Source: an uncultured Candidatus Saccharibacteria bacterium
GTDB lineage: Bacteria > Patescibacteriota > Minisyncoccia > Phycocordibacterales > Phycocordibacteraceae
Assembly: GCA_964548265.1 (NCBI GenBank)
Contig: CAZJPR010000001.1
Span: 37,770 to 101,709 of the forward strand
Length of the DNA stretch: 63,940 nt
Direction of reading: 5' to 3'
Shown: one piece after another, positions 16,998 through 25,291 of the stretch
Position numbering within the stretch: position 1 is the first letter of the stretch
How the letters are laid out: the number at the start of each line of letters is the position of its first letter
Position numbers and translations under genes: made by a program
The notes under the pieces: model-generated
The model's database searches: none
The model's input: only the letters and a program-made list of their open reading frames with translations
Told to the model about the DNA's origin: nothing

Positions 16998-17124
16998 AAG
17001 CGTAGTATCACCTCACTCGGCCCTTGAGGCAATGTTGACAGAGGTTATCCACGGCCTTTTCTAGGTAGAAGTAAGGATATCTAGCTACACTTTTAATGTT
17101 AGTTCTTAGCAATTTATAATAAGT

Positions 17125-18570
17125 ATGGAGCCAAATAACCTCAGTGAGGGCGAACTTAAAAATTTCCTTGAGATACCCTACGACCAGCTCGAGGAGATGA
17201 ATACGAAGGCGGCGCAGAATGCGACGACGATGACGGCAAAGGAACTGCAGGCGGAATACACTGCATACCTCAAGAAGGAGAAGCGCATCAAGGCAGTGAC
17301 GCTGTGTTTTACGGATATTGAGGGAAGGCTTCACATGCTCGATTACAACAAGACGTTCCTTCTCGACTCCCTCGAGAACCTGACCTTCGATGGTTCGTCT
17401 ATTCGCGGGTTTACCCAGCAACACGAGTCTGACCTTCGTCTGGAAGTGGATTGGGCAAGTATCCGCTTCCTTCCCTCAGATATCTTTGGGCCTGGGAAGG
17501 TACTCTTCTTCTCGACGGTACACAATCGTGACCGCTCTCCCTACCAGTCTGATTTCCGCGGATTGCTCAAAGCACACACAGCAGGGCTTAAGAAGAAAGA
17601 CGGCATCACTGCGTACGCTGCTCCGGAAATTGAGGGCTTCCTCGTTGACGGTCTTTCAAGCGAACAGGAATTCACTGATGAAGGGTTCAAGCTCATATCG
17701 TCCGGTGGGTACTTCCATTCGCTTCCACTTGATAGGCTTCGTGTGTTCATTGATAGGGCAGCGGAGGCGCAGCGGGCCATGGGCTTCAAGAATGAGAAGG
17801 ACCACCCTGAGGTTGCTCCCTCACAGTTTGAAATGAACTTCTCCTACACCGAGCTCGTGCGCACAGGAGACAACGTTCAGCTCTACAAGCTTGTGTGTCG
17901 CCAGGTGGCTCGTTCACTGGGTATGACGGCAACCTTCCTCCCGAAGCCCTTTGCCGGCATCAACGGCTCAGGCATGCACACCAACTTCTCGCTCGCTAAG
18001 AACGGGAAGAACATCTTCTACGACGCAAAAGGGAAAGAGGGGCTCTCGAAGAGCGCATGGGACGTCATCATGCGACTCTTGAATCACGCGCCTGAGATCT
18101 GCCTTGTGCTCAACTCCTCAGTGAACGCGTACCGCCGTCTTGACCCGCACTTTGAGGCTCCTAACCAGATCAAGGTGTCATCCTTGGATCGTGGTTCGAT
18201 GATTCGTATTCCGGTAGGTAACGAGAAAACCGCCCGCATTGAGGTGCGCTCAGTTGCACCTGACGCTAACCCGTATCTCGTCCTTTACACCATTCTGCGT
18301 ACGGGTCTAGAAGGAGAGAAGCTGGTTAAAGATAAGGACAAGCGCGAGCGTCTGCGTTTCCTCTCAGGCAACATCTATGACGCCATTGCGCTTGCCAAGA
18401 GTAGTCGGTTCCTCGAGCGCATCCTTGGGAAAGAGAGCAAGGACAAATTTATCGCCTTTAAGCAGGTGGCGGCCGACCGCTGCCCTAAGGACCTTGGTAC
18501 CCTTATCAAACCAAGCGAGGTGCTTTACCATCACGAGGTGACGAACCAGTATCTCTGGAATCGGTTCTAA
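17125..18570 (+). CDS. glnA: Glutamine synthetase (type I-like)
   Basis: FDGSSIRGF, NGSGMHTNFS, SVNAYRRL and RIEVRSVAPDANPYL are hallmark GS motifs. Confidence 0.92.
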   Translation: MEPNNLSEGELKNFLEIPYDQLEEMNTKAAQNATTMTAKELQAEYTAYLKKEKRIKAVTLCFTDIEGRLHMLDYNKTFLLDSLENLTFDGSSIRGFTQQHESDLRLEVDWASIRFLPSDIFGPGKVLFFSTVHNRDRSPYQSDFRGLLKAHTAGLKKKDGITAYAAPEIEGFLVDGLSSEQEFTDEGFKLISSGGYFHSLPLDRLRVFIDRAAEAQRAMGFKNEKDHPEVAPSQFEMNFSYTELVRTGDNVQLYKLVCRQVARSLGMTATFLPKPFAGINGSGMHTNFSLAKNGKNIFYDAKGKEGLSKSAWDVIMRLLNHAPEICLVLNSSVNAYRRLDPHFEAPNQIKVSSLDRGSMIRIPVGNEKTARIEVRSVAPDANPYLVLYTILRTGLEGEKLVKDKDKRERLRFLSGNIYDAIALAKSSRFLERILGKESKDKFIAFKQVAADRCPKDLGTLIKPSEVLYHHEVTNQYLWNRF

Positions 18571-18588
18571 GCGGTATACTGTTCTCTT

Positions 18589-19086
18589 GTGAAAATCTAC
18601 GTTACCGGAGTCTCAGGAACAGGGAAGTCGTCTATTGCGCGAGAGCTCAATACCCGTGGTATTGCCGCAATCGACATGGATGAACTCTGCCACTGGCAGC
18701 ACAAGCCAACCGGCGAACGCACAGGATGGGAGCCGGGGAAAAGTGATGAATGGTACGACAAGCACGGCTGGATTTGCAGCATCGAATCCTTGCAGGAGTT
18801 TCTAACCGCCAACGATAACGCTGTGGCGCTAGGACTCTCTTCTAACCAAGAGGAGTATCTGCCGTTCTTCGACAAGGTACTCGTGCTTCACTCAAAGCCC
18901 GAAGTCATCGTAGAGCGTATCAATAAACGAACAGACAACGACTACGGAAAGCACCCGGCAGAGCAGGGGCGCATATTGAATTGGCACAAGACCTTCGAAA
19001 AGGAGATGGTCGACAAGGGAGCCATCCCACTTGATGCGGACCGCGAACTGGGAGAGGTGGTGGACGAGATTGTCTCCTACCTCTAG
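18589..19086 (+). CDS. P-loop NTPase / nucleoside-kinase-like AAA protein
   Basis: GTG start. Walker A motif VTGVSGTGKSSIAREL at the N-terminus; 165 aa. Confidence 0.7.
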   Translation: MKIYVTGVSGTGKSSIARELNTRGIAAIDMDELCHWQHKPTGERTGWEPGKSDEWYDKHGWICSIESLQEFLTANDNAVALGLSSNQEEYLPFFDKVLVLHSKPEVIVERINKRTDNDYGKHPAEQGRILNWHKTFEKEMVDKGAIPLDADRELGEVVDEIVSYL

Positions 19087-19433
19087 CTCTGCATTCCTGG
19101 AAGCAGGTTAGCGCTCATGATATCGATGGTCCCTTGAGGGATGCCGAGGTGTGGGTGTCCAACGAACATTTCAGTTACTGCCTCGCGTGAGGGAGCTTCT
19201 ACCAGTGAGTACATCATTATGTCGTTCCTGGCGTTCTTAGCGCCGTCCGGGGATACCGTTGTGGTAGCGCCAGCACCGGCAGTCTCAAGAATCATGCCGG
19301 CATGTTTGGTAGCCCACGCGTCCCAGTCAACTTTCATCTTCGACTCCATCACTTCGCGTTCAGCGGGAGGGGTCTTCATCCAGTCATCAAGAACGGAAGC
19401 AGGTGCACGGTAGAGAACAATGAATTTACTCAT
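19083..19433 (-). CDS. Hypothetical protein (116 aa)
   Basis: Clean ORF convergent with the P-loop gene, overlapping it by 4 nt. No motif recognised. Confidence 0.55.
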   Translation of the reverse strand: MSKFIVLYRAPASVLDDWMKTPPAEREVMESKMKVDWDAWATKHAGMILETAGAGATTTVSPDGAKNARNDIMMYSLVEAPSREAVTEMFVGHPHLGIPQGTIDIMSANLLPGMQS

Positions 19434-19498
19434 AGGTGAATAGGTTAGTGGCGTAGCGTACTACGCGTTGTATTGAGAGAAGATGAAGGTCGGGCCTC

Positions 19499-19624
19499 TT
19501 AGCCGCGTTTCTTCGTGCTTGCTGCTTTGCGCGCCATTTTGGTGGCGATGCGCTTCTTGGTCTTGCGGGTCTTGTTGGGGTTACGCTTTGCGCTCACTCC
19601 CTGGGTTCCTCTGCTCCATGTCAT
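19499..19624 (-). CDS. Unlisted 41-aa extremely basic ORF
   Basis: My own translation: MTWSRGTQGVSAKRNPNKTRKTKKRIATKMARKAASTKKRG. It has 15 Lys/Arg and no acidic residue, and is co-oriented 65 nt upstream of the 116-aa gene. It falls below the 60-aa cutoff of the ORF track. Confidence 0.35.
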   Translation of the reverse strand: MTWSRGTQGVSAKRNPNKTRKTKKRIATKMARKAASTKKRG

Positions 19625-19750
19625 ACGTGCGTTGTTAGCTTTTGTACGTATACCCTACAACACTCTTGAGAAAATAGCTCCTCTTGAACCTGTGGACGTG
19701 TTCGACCAGCGCCATACTGCGATATATACTTTTTTAGCTATTCCAGTTTC

Positions 19751-20725
19751 ATGAAGCCACCCGAAAAACCTAGACAAACGACTGGGAAGGAAGCAATTGG
19801 TCTCTCAGATGTCGCTGAAGACATTGAATCTGGGCTCGGAAGTGTAGAGGCGGCGTGGAAGGTTACGGCGGTGACCACTCGTCTTTTGAGGGGGCTCGTA
19901 GGCGTTAAAGTGGCGGATAAGATTTTTGACGCCTTAAGTGAACTTGCTAACTCAAAGCAATTCAAGATTCTTTGTCAGTTCAAGCCGTATCAGGTGGTAA
20001 GAATTGTGCTCGCCCTTGGTTGTGCTACCGATGCAAGTGCACTTACCCAGGACACACTTATTTCAGCCCTTAACAGCGTCCACAACGCGTCGCGTATTGA
20101 GATGGTACAGCGAGCAAACGAGTTGGCGCCTCATCAGGAGGAGCGTGAGACGAGCGTGCAGCATTTTCTTGACGACGTGCGTCCACACATTGAGTCGGTG
20201 CGTGCACAGTTTGATTCCAAGGATCCTATCCAAAACCGCGCTCTGCGCTTTGCATTTGCGAACGTCTTTATTTCTTATGACAATCGCATTTCTGCCGGAG
20301 AATTTGATCGGTCACCAGAATATCAAGAGCGCATGCCACAGATGCTTGGTGCACCCATTGGGCTTGAGGATTTATTGGTTGGCGTGACTGATGAGGAACA
20401 GGTATTTGGCGTTCATACACAAGGACAAAAGGTGCCGCTGGATGACCTCAATCCTGATGGCACGCCAGAATCGCATCCTATGCAGACGATGTCTGAACGT
20501 TCACGAGAATACATTGCTTTCAAAAAACGATTGTTTGAAGTGTACGCTTCACCTTCGTTTAAGGCACTTCAGCAGCGCGTTGGGGATTCAGGAGTGCTCT
20601 TTGATTACGAAGTACTTATTGACCGCGACCTTGCTCCCCAGGCACTTGTCGCAGTAGCAGAGAAACGTGCTGCGCTCTCAGACATGCTGAGTTTGGTCAA
20701 TCCCGATACCGTGCGTCACAGCTAA
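19751..20725 (+). CDS. ORFan, 324 aa
   Basis: Clean ORF with no recognisable motif. Confidence 0.55.
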   Translation: MKPPEKPRQTTGKEAIGLSDVAEDIESGLGSVEAAWKVTAVTTRLLRGLVGVKVADKIFDALSELANSKQFKILCQFKPYQVVRIVLALGCATDASALTQDTLISALNSVHNASRIEMVQRANELAPHQEERETSVQHFLDDVRPHIESVRAQFDSKDPIQNRALRFAFANVFISYDNRISAGEFDRSPEYQERMPQMLGAPIGLEDLLVGVTDEEQVFGVHTQGQKVPLDDLNPDGTPESHPMQTMSERSREYIAFKKRLFEVYASPSFKALQQRVGDSGVLFDYEVLIDRDLAPQALVAVAEKRAALSDMLSLVNPDTVRHS

Positions 20726-20730
20726 ATTCG

Positions 20731-21504
20731 TTATTTTGGGTACCAGTCGAGCAGTACGACCTCTATGTTCGGGTCTCCAGCGTTCACGAGTTGCTTGAAA
20801 CGGTTAACGTCCGAGAGCCCGTTCTGTCCGCGGTAGTGATATGGAAACACTTGCTTTGGTTTAAAGGTCAGCACCGCATCAGCCGCCTCCTCGACGCTCA
20901 TCGTAAAGGGAAGGTTCATCGGCACAAGAGCAACATCAATATCGGAGAGCGCACGCATTTCCGGTATGCCTGCGGTATCGCCAGCAACATAGACGCGCAG
21001 TCCTGCTTTTTCAATCAGGTAGCCATTACCACGTCCTTTCGTGTGGCGACTGTCCGAAGACTCCGGCAGGTTGTACATGGGAAGTGCGAGTATATCGAAG
21101 TCGAGCTCGGTGGTTGTCTCGCCGTTTGCGAGCACTCGCGCGTGAGAGGCAAGGTCGGGAGGCAAAAGCTCCATCACTGCTTGTGGGGCAATGATAGTTG
21201 CGTTGCCGACGATTGTCGCAAGCGTCGACGTACTCAAGTGGTCGCCGTGGATGTCGGTGAGGAGAATGAGGTTGGGAGCTGGCTGGCCCGCGAAGGCCTC
21301 TCGGCCCCCAGTGGGGTCTGTATATATCGCAAGGTCCCCCCAGCGAAGCACGGCAGTTGCGTGTGATATGGGAATGACTTCCATAGAAGTGGTGTCAGCA
21401 GTGCCCGAGTCGCCCTGCTTTTCATTATAAATATAGCTGTTAAAGGCGTAAAAGAGGAGCACGAGCACCAGCACCATGCCGAAAATCCAGTACAAGGTTT
21501 TCAT
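20731..21504 (-). CDS. Membrane-anchored metallo-beta-lactamase-fold hydrolase
   Basis: N-terminal TM helix. LILLTDIHGDHLS (HxHxDH-like motif) and further His/Asp positions typical of the Lactamase_B_3/UlaG-like group. Confidence 0.8.
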   Translation of the reverse strand: MKTLYWIFGMVLVLVLLFYAFNSYIYNEKQGDSGTADTTSMEVIPISHATAVLRWGDLAIYTDPTGGREAFAGQPAPNLILLTDIHGDHLSTSTLATIVGNATIIAPQAVMELLPPDLASHARVLANGETTTELDFDILALPMYNLPESSDSRHTKGRGNGYLIEKAGLRVYVAGDTAGIPEMRALSDIDVALVPMNLPFTMSVEEAADAVLTFKPKQVFPYHYRGQNGLSDVNRFKQLVNAGDPNIEVVLLDWYPK

Positions 21505-21527
21505 GCTCTGTAGTATATCAACTCGGT

Positions 21528-22850
21528 TTATTGAGCTTCGATGAAGACTTTTTGAGCCATTTCCTCAAAATCAAAGTTGGCAGAGAAGTGTTTTTCAAAA
21601 AGCTGGAGCGCAAGAGTGCCTGCATATTCTTTGCGCTGCGCCGCGTAGTGCATGGCAAGAATCATCTCCTCGGGTTCACCAACACAATCAAGCGGCTTAA
21701 ATCCTTCAAGGCCAAGTATTTGCCTGAAGAGCGGAAGGAGGTGCCTCTTTGTATAGAGGTTAGCGCCAAAGATACTGACGACCTCCTTTTTCGAGAGGAA
21801 TGCTGAAAAGCAGGCAAAAAGAAACACGCACTTAGGGCATTCGTTACACCAATACGGCGTACGTAAAAAGAGTTGTTCAGTGCGCGAGTAGCAGAAATAG
21901 GAGTTGCAGCTTGTGACCGAGTGAAGGTACTGCGGATAACGAACGAAACGTCGCACAATCTCGAGCTCGCTATACTTACGTAACAGTGAACGAGTTGAAA
22001 TATCCGGGGTGATATAGCGTTGTATATAGTCGTTGGTCATCTTTTCAGCTTCAGATGACTTACACCACTGATGGTTCACCGATAAGCCACGATAGGTAAG
22101 ATTCCCAACATCTGCACTACGTTCGTTAGAGAATATAATCGAATCATAGCCAAGGAGCTCTGCGAGTAAGGTAGCAACAAAGGTGAAAGTCGAAACTGAG
22201 GGGTAGGCAGCTGATGTTCTATGAAATAGCGCGGCCAGATTGATGCGTGGGTCACGACGACGGGTAACGCTAATGGTTTTTGTGCCCACAAGTGTGGCAA
22301 CTCGCTCATGAGCACGTGAGGGGGTAAAGGCGAAGAAATCGAATGGCGTACCAGCAGCTTTTAACATCTCGGCGGATAGGATGGAATCTTTGCCGGCACC
22401 GTTTAAAAGAAGTGCTCGTGCGGGACGTTCGAACCGCGCAGGGAGAGGGGCCGTAGCAGAAGCGTCATACGGGAAGGCAATGAGGTCCTCAAAATTCATC
22501 TTCATTCGGTAGAAGAATTCCCCGAGTCCGTTCAAATAGAGCGCGTTCCAGAATTGTGCCTGCTCGCGCGTGAGGGCGAACCTCTCAATACGCATATTCC
22601 TCGTCGGGAAAACGGTCCAATAGTTAATTCCTATCATGAGCAGAAGGGATTGAAGTGTCGGCTCAAGTACGGCCTTCGGTACTTTTTCCCACGCCTCAGG
22701 TGGCAGGTCCTTCAAGAAGAGTTGATCGGTGTATCTCTTCTTTTTTCCACTTGGAAACTCCACGTGGTAGGTGAAGCTAATGACGGAGCGAGCAGTATCA
22801 ACCTTGTAGGTACCAAACGTAAACGAGGAGACACGAGGCATTTTCGTCAT
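21528..22850 (-). CDS. PP-loop-like (adenine nucleotide alpha-hydrolase superfamily) protein with a C-terminal Cys cluster; function unknown
   Basis: 440 aa. LLLNGAGKDSILS resembles a degenerate SGGxDS PP-loop. C-terminal SCNSYFC...WCNECPKCVFLF resembles the QueC-type CxxCxxC zinc site. The gene is markedly AT-rich. Confidence 0.6.
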   Translation of the reverse strand: MTKMPRVSSFTFGTYKVDTARSVISFTYHVEFPSGKKKRYTDQLFLKDLPPEAWEKVPKAVLEPTLQSLLLMIGINYWTVFPTRNMRIERFALTREQAQFWNALYLNGLGEFFYRMKMNFEDLIAFPYDASATAPLPARFERPARALLLNGAGKDSILSAEMLKAAGTPFDFFAFTPSRAHERVATLVGTKTISVTRRRDPRINLAALFHRTSAAYPSVSTFTFVATLLAELLGYDSIIFSNERSADVGNLTYRGLSVNHQWCKSSEAEKMTNDYIQRYITPDISTRSLLRKYSELEIVRRFVRYPQYLHSVTSCNSYFCYSRTEQLFLRTPYWCNECPKCVFLFACFSAFLSKKEVVSIFGANLYTKRHLLPLFRQILGLEGFKPLDCVGEPEEMILAMHYAAQRKEYAGTLALQLFEKHFSANFDFEEMAQKVFIEAQ

Positions 22851-22897
22851 CGTAGCACGCGACCTAAGCTAAAAAGTAGAGTGCAGATCTTAGGCAC

Positions 22898-23197
22898 TTA
22901 GCGCAACCTCAGAGAAAACGTAACAGTTGAATCGTCCGATATACCTTCCGCTTTTCGTATCTTTGCTTTTAAGGGAAGGAGATAGGTACCGGACTTTTTG
23001 TCAGGGAAAATAGAGGTCTCCCAGACAGTTTTCCCAATCGTTACTGAAACAGGAAGCGACCCCCATCCTTTGGCGCGTGCCCCAAACTTTTCTTTGATTT
23101 CCTGACCCTGTTTTTTAGGAAGTGCTAAAAACCTCCACGCACTCATGCCAGGATAGACAAACACGTTCGATTTCAGTTTGTAAGCACCGGTAACCAT
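22898..23197 (-). CDS. DUF1905-family protein
   Basis: 99 aa. WRFLALPKKQGQEIKEKFG...GWGSLPVSVTIGKTVWETSIFPDKKSGTYLLPLKAKIRK matches the DUF1905 pattern. Confidence 0.7.
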   Translation of the reverse strand: MVTGAYKLKSNVFVYPGMSAWRFLALPKKQGQEIKEKFGARAKGWGSLPVSVTIGKTVWETSIFPDKKSGTYLLPLKAKIRKAEGISDDSTVTFSLRLR

Positions 23198-23200
23198 GTA

Positions 23201-23419
23201 TTAATCCTCGGATTTGGCGTCAAACTCCTTTTGCATTCGCTCCATCCACTGTGCCTGATTCTCACCAGTACGTTTCTCCATATCCATAATGCTTGCCTTG
23301 TGCGCCTCGTCAGACATCATGTGAGGCATACCTCTCTGAACAATCTCCATAAGGGTATCGCCGGAAAACTTTTCGTCACAAACACCACCCAACTCTTTAC
23401 ATGTAAATGATTTAGTCAT
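23201..23419 (-). CDS. DUF1059-family small protein
   Basis: 72 aa. FTCKELGGVCDEKFSGDTLMEIVQRGMPHM matches the DUF1059 pattern. Confidence 0.7.
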   Translation of the reverse strand: MTKSFTCKELGGVCDEKFSGDTLMEIVQRGMPHMMSDEAHKASIMDMEKRTGENQAQWMERMQKEFDAKSED

Positions 23420-23458
23420 ATTTACATTATCCCAAGTATTCCCATGAAGTGCTATCTG

Positions 23459-23530
23459 CTCCGCGACCAGGACTCGAACCTGGAACCAACTCCTTAACAG
23501 GGAGCTGCTCTACCATTGAGCTATCGCGGA
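23459..23530 (-). tRNA. tRNA-Asn (anticodon GTT)
   Basis: 72-nt cloverleaf folded by hand. Acceptor TCCGCGA/TCGCGGA, D-arm GCTC-AATGGTA-GAGC, anticodon arm GCTCC-CTGTTAA-GGAGT, T-arm CCAGG-TTCGAGT-CCTGG. CCA is not encoded. Confidence 0.9.
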
Positions 23531-23595
23531 ATATGGGCATTCTAGCCGAAAATCTAGATACGGCAACGTGACCCGTCTGGTATACTCGCCTTACA

Positions 23596-23829
23596 ATGCT
23601 TATCCTCTATGTCCAAGAAAAGTGCCCCTTCTCTCTAAAAGTCATCAAGGCAGGCGAGCAGATGGGCATGACTTTCGAACTCCGAGATATCAAGGACCAT
23701 AAGCTTGAGAAAGAACTCTTAGCAAAAGGAGGAAAGCGCGAGACACCGTACTTCATAGACACCAATACCAACGTCGCCATGTACGGCTCCGATGACATTG
23801 TCTCCTACCTCGTTAACACACTGGCATGA
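23596..23829 (+). CDS. Glutaredoxin-like thioredoxin-fold protein
   Basis: 77 aa. LILYVQEKCPFSLKV (CPFS active-site position) ... TPYFID ... GSDDIVSYL fits the glutaredoxin/GST-N fold pattern. Confidence 0.75.
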   Translation: MLILYVQEKCPFSLKVIKAGEQMGMTFELRDIKDHKLEKELLAKGGKRETPYFIDTNTNVAMYGSDDIVSYLVNTLA

Positions 23830-24050
23830 CCTACGTTCGAGTGCGCGTCACCCCCGGCGCCAAGCGGGAGAGCGTCATTGAGATCGATGGAAAATCCCTC
23901 ACTATCTCGGTCAAAGAACCTGCGGAACGAAACCTGGCCAACACACGCGTGCGCGAGCTTTTAGCCGGCCATCTCAACGTATCTGTGGGACAGGTGAAGC
24001 TGGTAGCTGGCCACCGTTCACCACAGAAGATATTTGATATCATTGAGTGA
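23826..24050 (+). CDS. DUF167 (YggU/UPF0235) family protein
   Basis: VRVTPGAKRESV...ISVKEPAERNLANTRVRELLAGHLNVSVGQVKLVAGHRSPQK. Its start overlaps the upstream stop by 4 nt. Confidence 0.75.
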   Translation: MTYVRVRVTPGAKRESVIEIDGKSLTISVKEPAERNLANTRVRELLAGHLNVSVGQVKLVAGHRSPQKIFDIIE

Positions 24051-25291
24051 TGAGACAACGTGGGCCGCGAATCAATCAGGAGGCGGAACGGATGGAGCGC
24101 GCGGCACAGGTGCCGCAGCACCTCAAGGAGAAAGACCCATTCCGTAAGCGGGCAGCCGTCGAAAAGTTCGTGTCCTCGGATGGAAAGTACCACATGCATG
24201 GTGTGGGAAGGGCGGGATTTCTTGAATACTTTGACCTCCGGGACCAATCCACCGGCGAAACCGTACTGACCTTCATCTATGATGACGCAACTCGCACACT
24301 CTCGACCATCCTCGAGAAGCGACCAGGAGCTCACTCAGATCCGGTAGTTCAAGAGTCTATACAGGCCATACGGGACCTTCTCAACCCTGGTCCGCTCCAG
24401 GGGCAGATAGAGTTTGTGTCTTCAGACGAGAAGTATCACCTCGTCAAGCATGTCAACGCAGCACAGCTCGATGAGGTTGGTGAGTTTCTAACCAACTGCC
24501 TCCGTTTCCATCGTTTAAGGCACCGTGAATTTCTTGAGCGCATACAAAGAGGGGAGATAGAGGTCTTCACACTTCAGGACCAGAATCAGGTGCCGGTGGT
24601 GGCCATCGAATTTGATGTGGCGGAACGCAAGATTGTTCAGGTGATGGGAAATGAAAACTCCGCTCCCGTGCTCATGAGCAAGTACCTCGGAGCCTTGTTT
24701 GAGGCAGTGGAGTTCCTTTCAACAGGCACTGCCTATGACCAGGATGGTGAACCCTACGTACGAGGCGCCAAAGACTTTGCCGGTCTCGATCGTACCGGAT
24801 TTGAGACACGCATACGAGCCATGAAGCCCTATGGTGGTCTCATTACCAAAACGGGATATGTCGATGCTCAGGACGCACTGGCGCTCGGTGTTAAAGAAGC
24901 GTATCTCGGCATTGTACTCGTGCAGCCTGAAATGAATGAAGCCGATGTGCGGCAGTATGCTCACATTGAAGGGATAACGCTTGATATGACCAACGCAACA
25001 GAAGCGCAGCGCGCGGTGCTCACGGAGGTGAAGAGCGATATTCTAGACGGCTCTGTTGAGAACCGGCTTACGTATCCTCAGCTCCTTCACGCACGCACTA
25101 TCAGTATTCCCGAGCGCATTGTGCATGCAGAGTTCCCCCTTCTCACGACCGTCAACCGTATTGTGACCCACTCAGACCTACTTTCGGTCCCCTCATTGAA
25201 GAAGGTCAAGAGTATTAGACTTAAGGTCGCTAGTGCACGGGTGAATGGACCAGGGAACGTTCTTACCGGCGGCGTGGTGCGCTACGGCTAA
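24047..25291 (+). CDS. Hypothetical protein, 414 aa (central segment tentatively PcfJ-like)
   Basis: Its start overlaps the DUF167 stop by 4 nt. NCLRFHRLRHREFLERIQRGEIEVFTL...VVAIEFDVAERKIVQVMGNENSAP is reminiscent of PcfJ-like domains. This is from memory and unverified. Confidence 0.55.
   Translation: MMRQRGPRINQEAERMERAAQVPQHLKEKDPFRKRAAVEKFVSSDGKYHMHGVGRAGFLEYFDLRDQSTGETVLTFIYDDATRTLSTILEKRPGAHSDPVVQESIQAIRDLLNPGPLQGQIEFVSSDEKYHLVKHVNAAQLDEVGEFLTNCLRFHRLRHREFLERIQRGEIEVFTLQDQNQVPVVAIEFDVAERKIVQVMGNENSAPVLMSKYLGALFEAVEFLSTGTAYDQDGEPYVRGAKDFAGLDRTGFETRIRAMKPYGGLITKTGYVDAQDALALGVKEAYLGIVLVQPEMNEADVRQYAHIEGITLDMTNATEAQRAVLTEVKSDILDGSVENRLTYPQLLHARTISIPERIVHAEFPLLTTVNRIVTHSDLLSVPSLKKVKSIRLKVASARVNGPGNVLTGGVVRYG

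Noticed and set aside
17115-17127. Perfect TATAAT hexamer 4 nt upstream of the glnA ATG, suggesting a leaderless mRNA.
   Set aside because: The distance from the -10 to the ATG is shorter than the usual 6-8 nt to a TSS. The -35 match is poor (TTAATG), and most genes here lack SD sequences anyway. It cannot be supported without TSS data.
19515-19754. 79-aa plus-strand ORF in the 19.4-19.75 kb gap.
   Set aside because: Its Leu/Arg/Val-rich composition (MLAALRAILVAMRFLVLRVLLGLRF...) is the mirror image of the hyper-basic 41-aa minus-strand ORF. It also runs into the start of the next gene.
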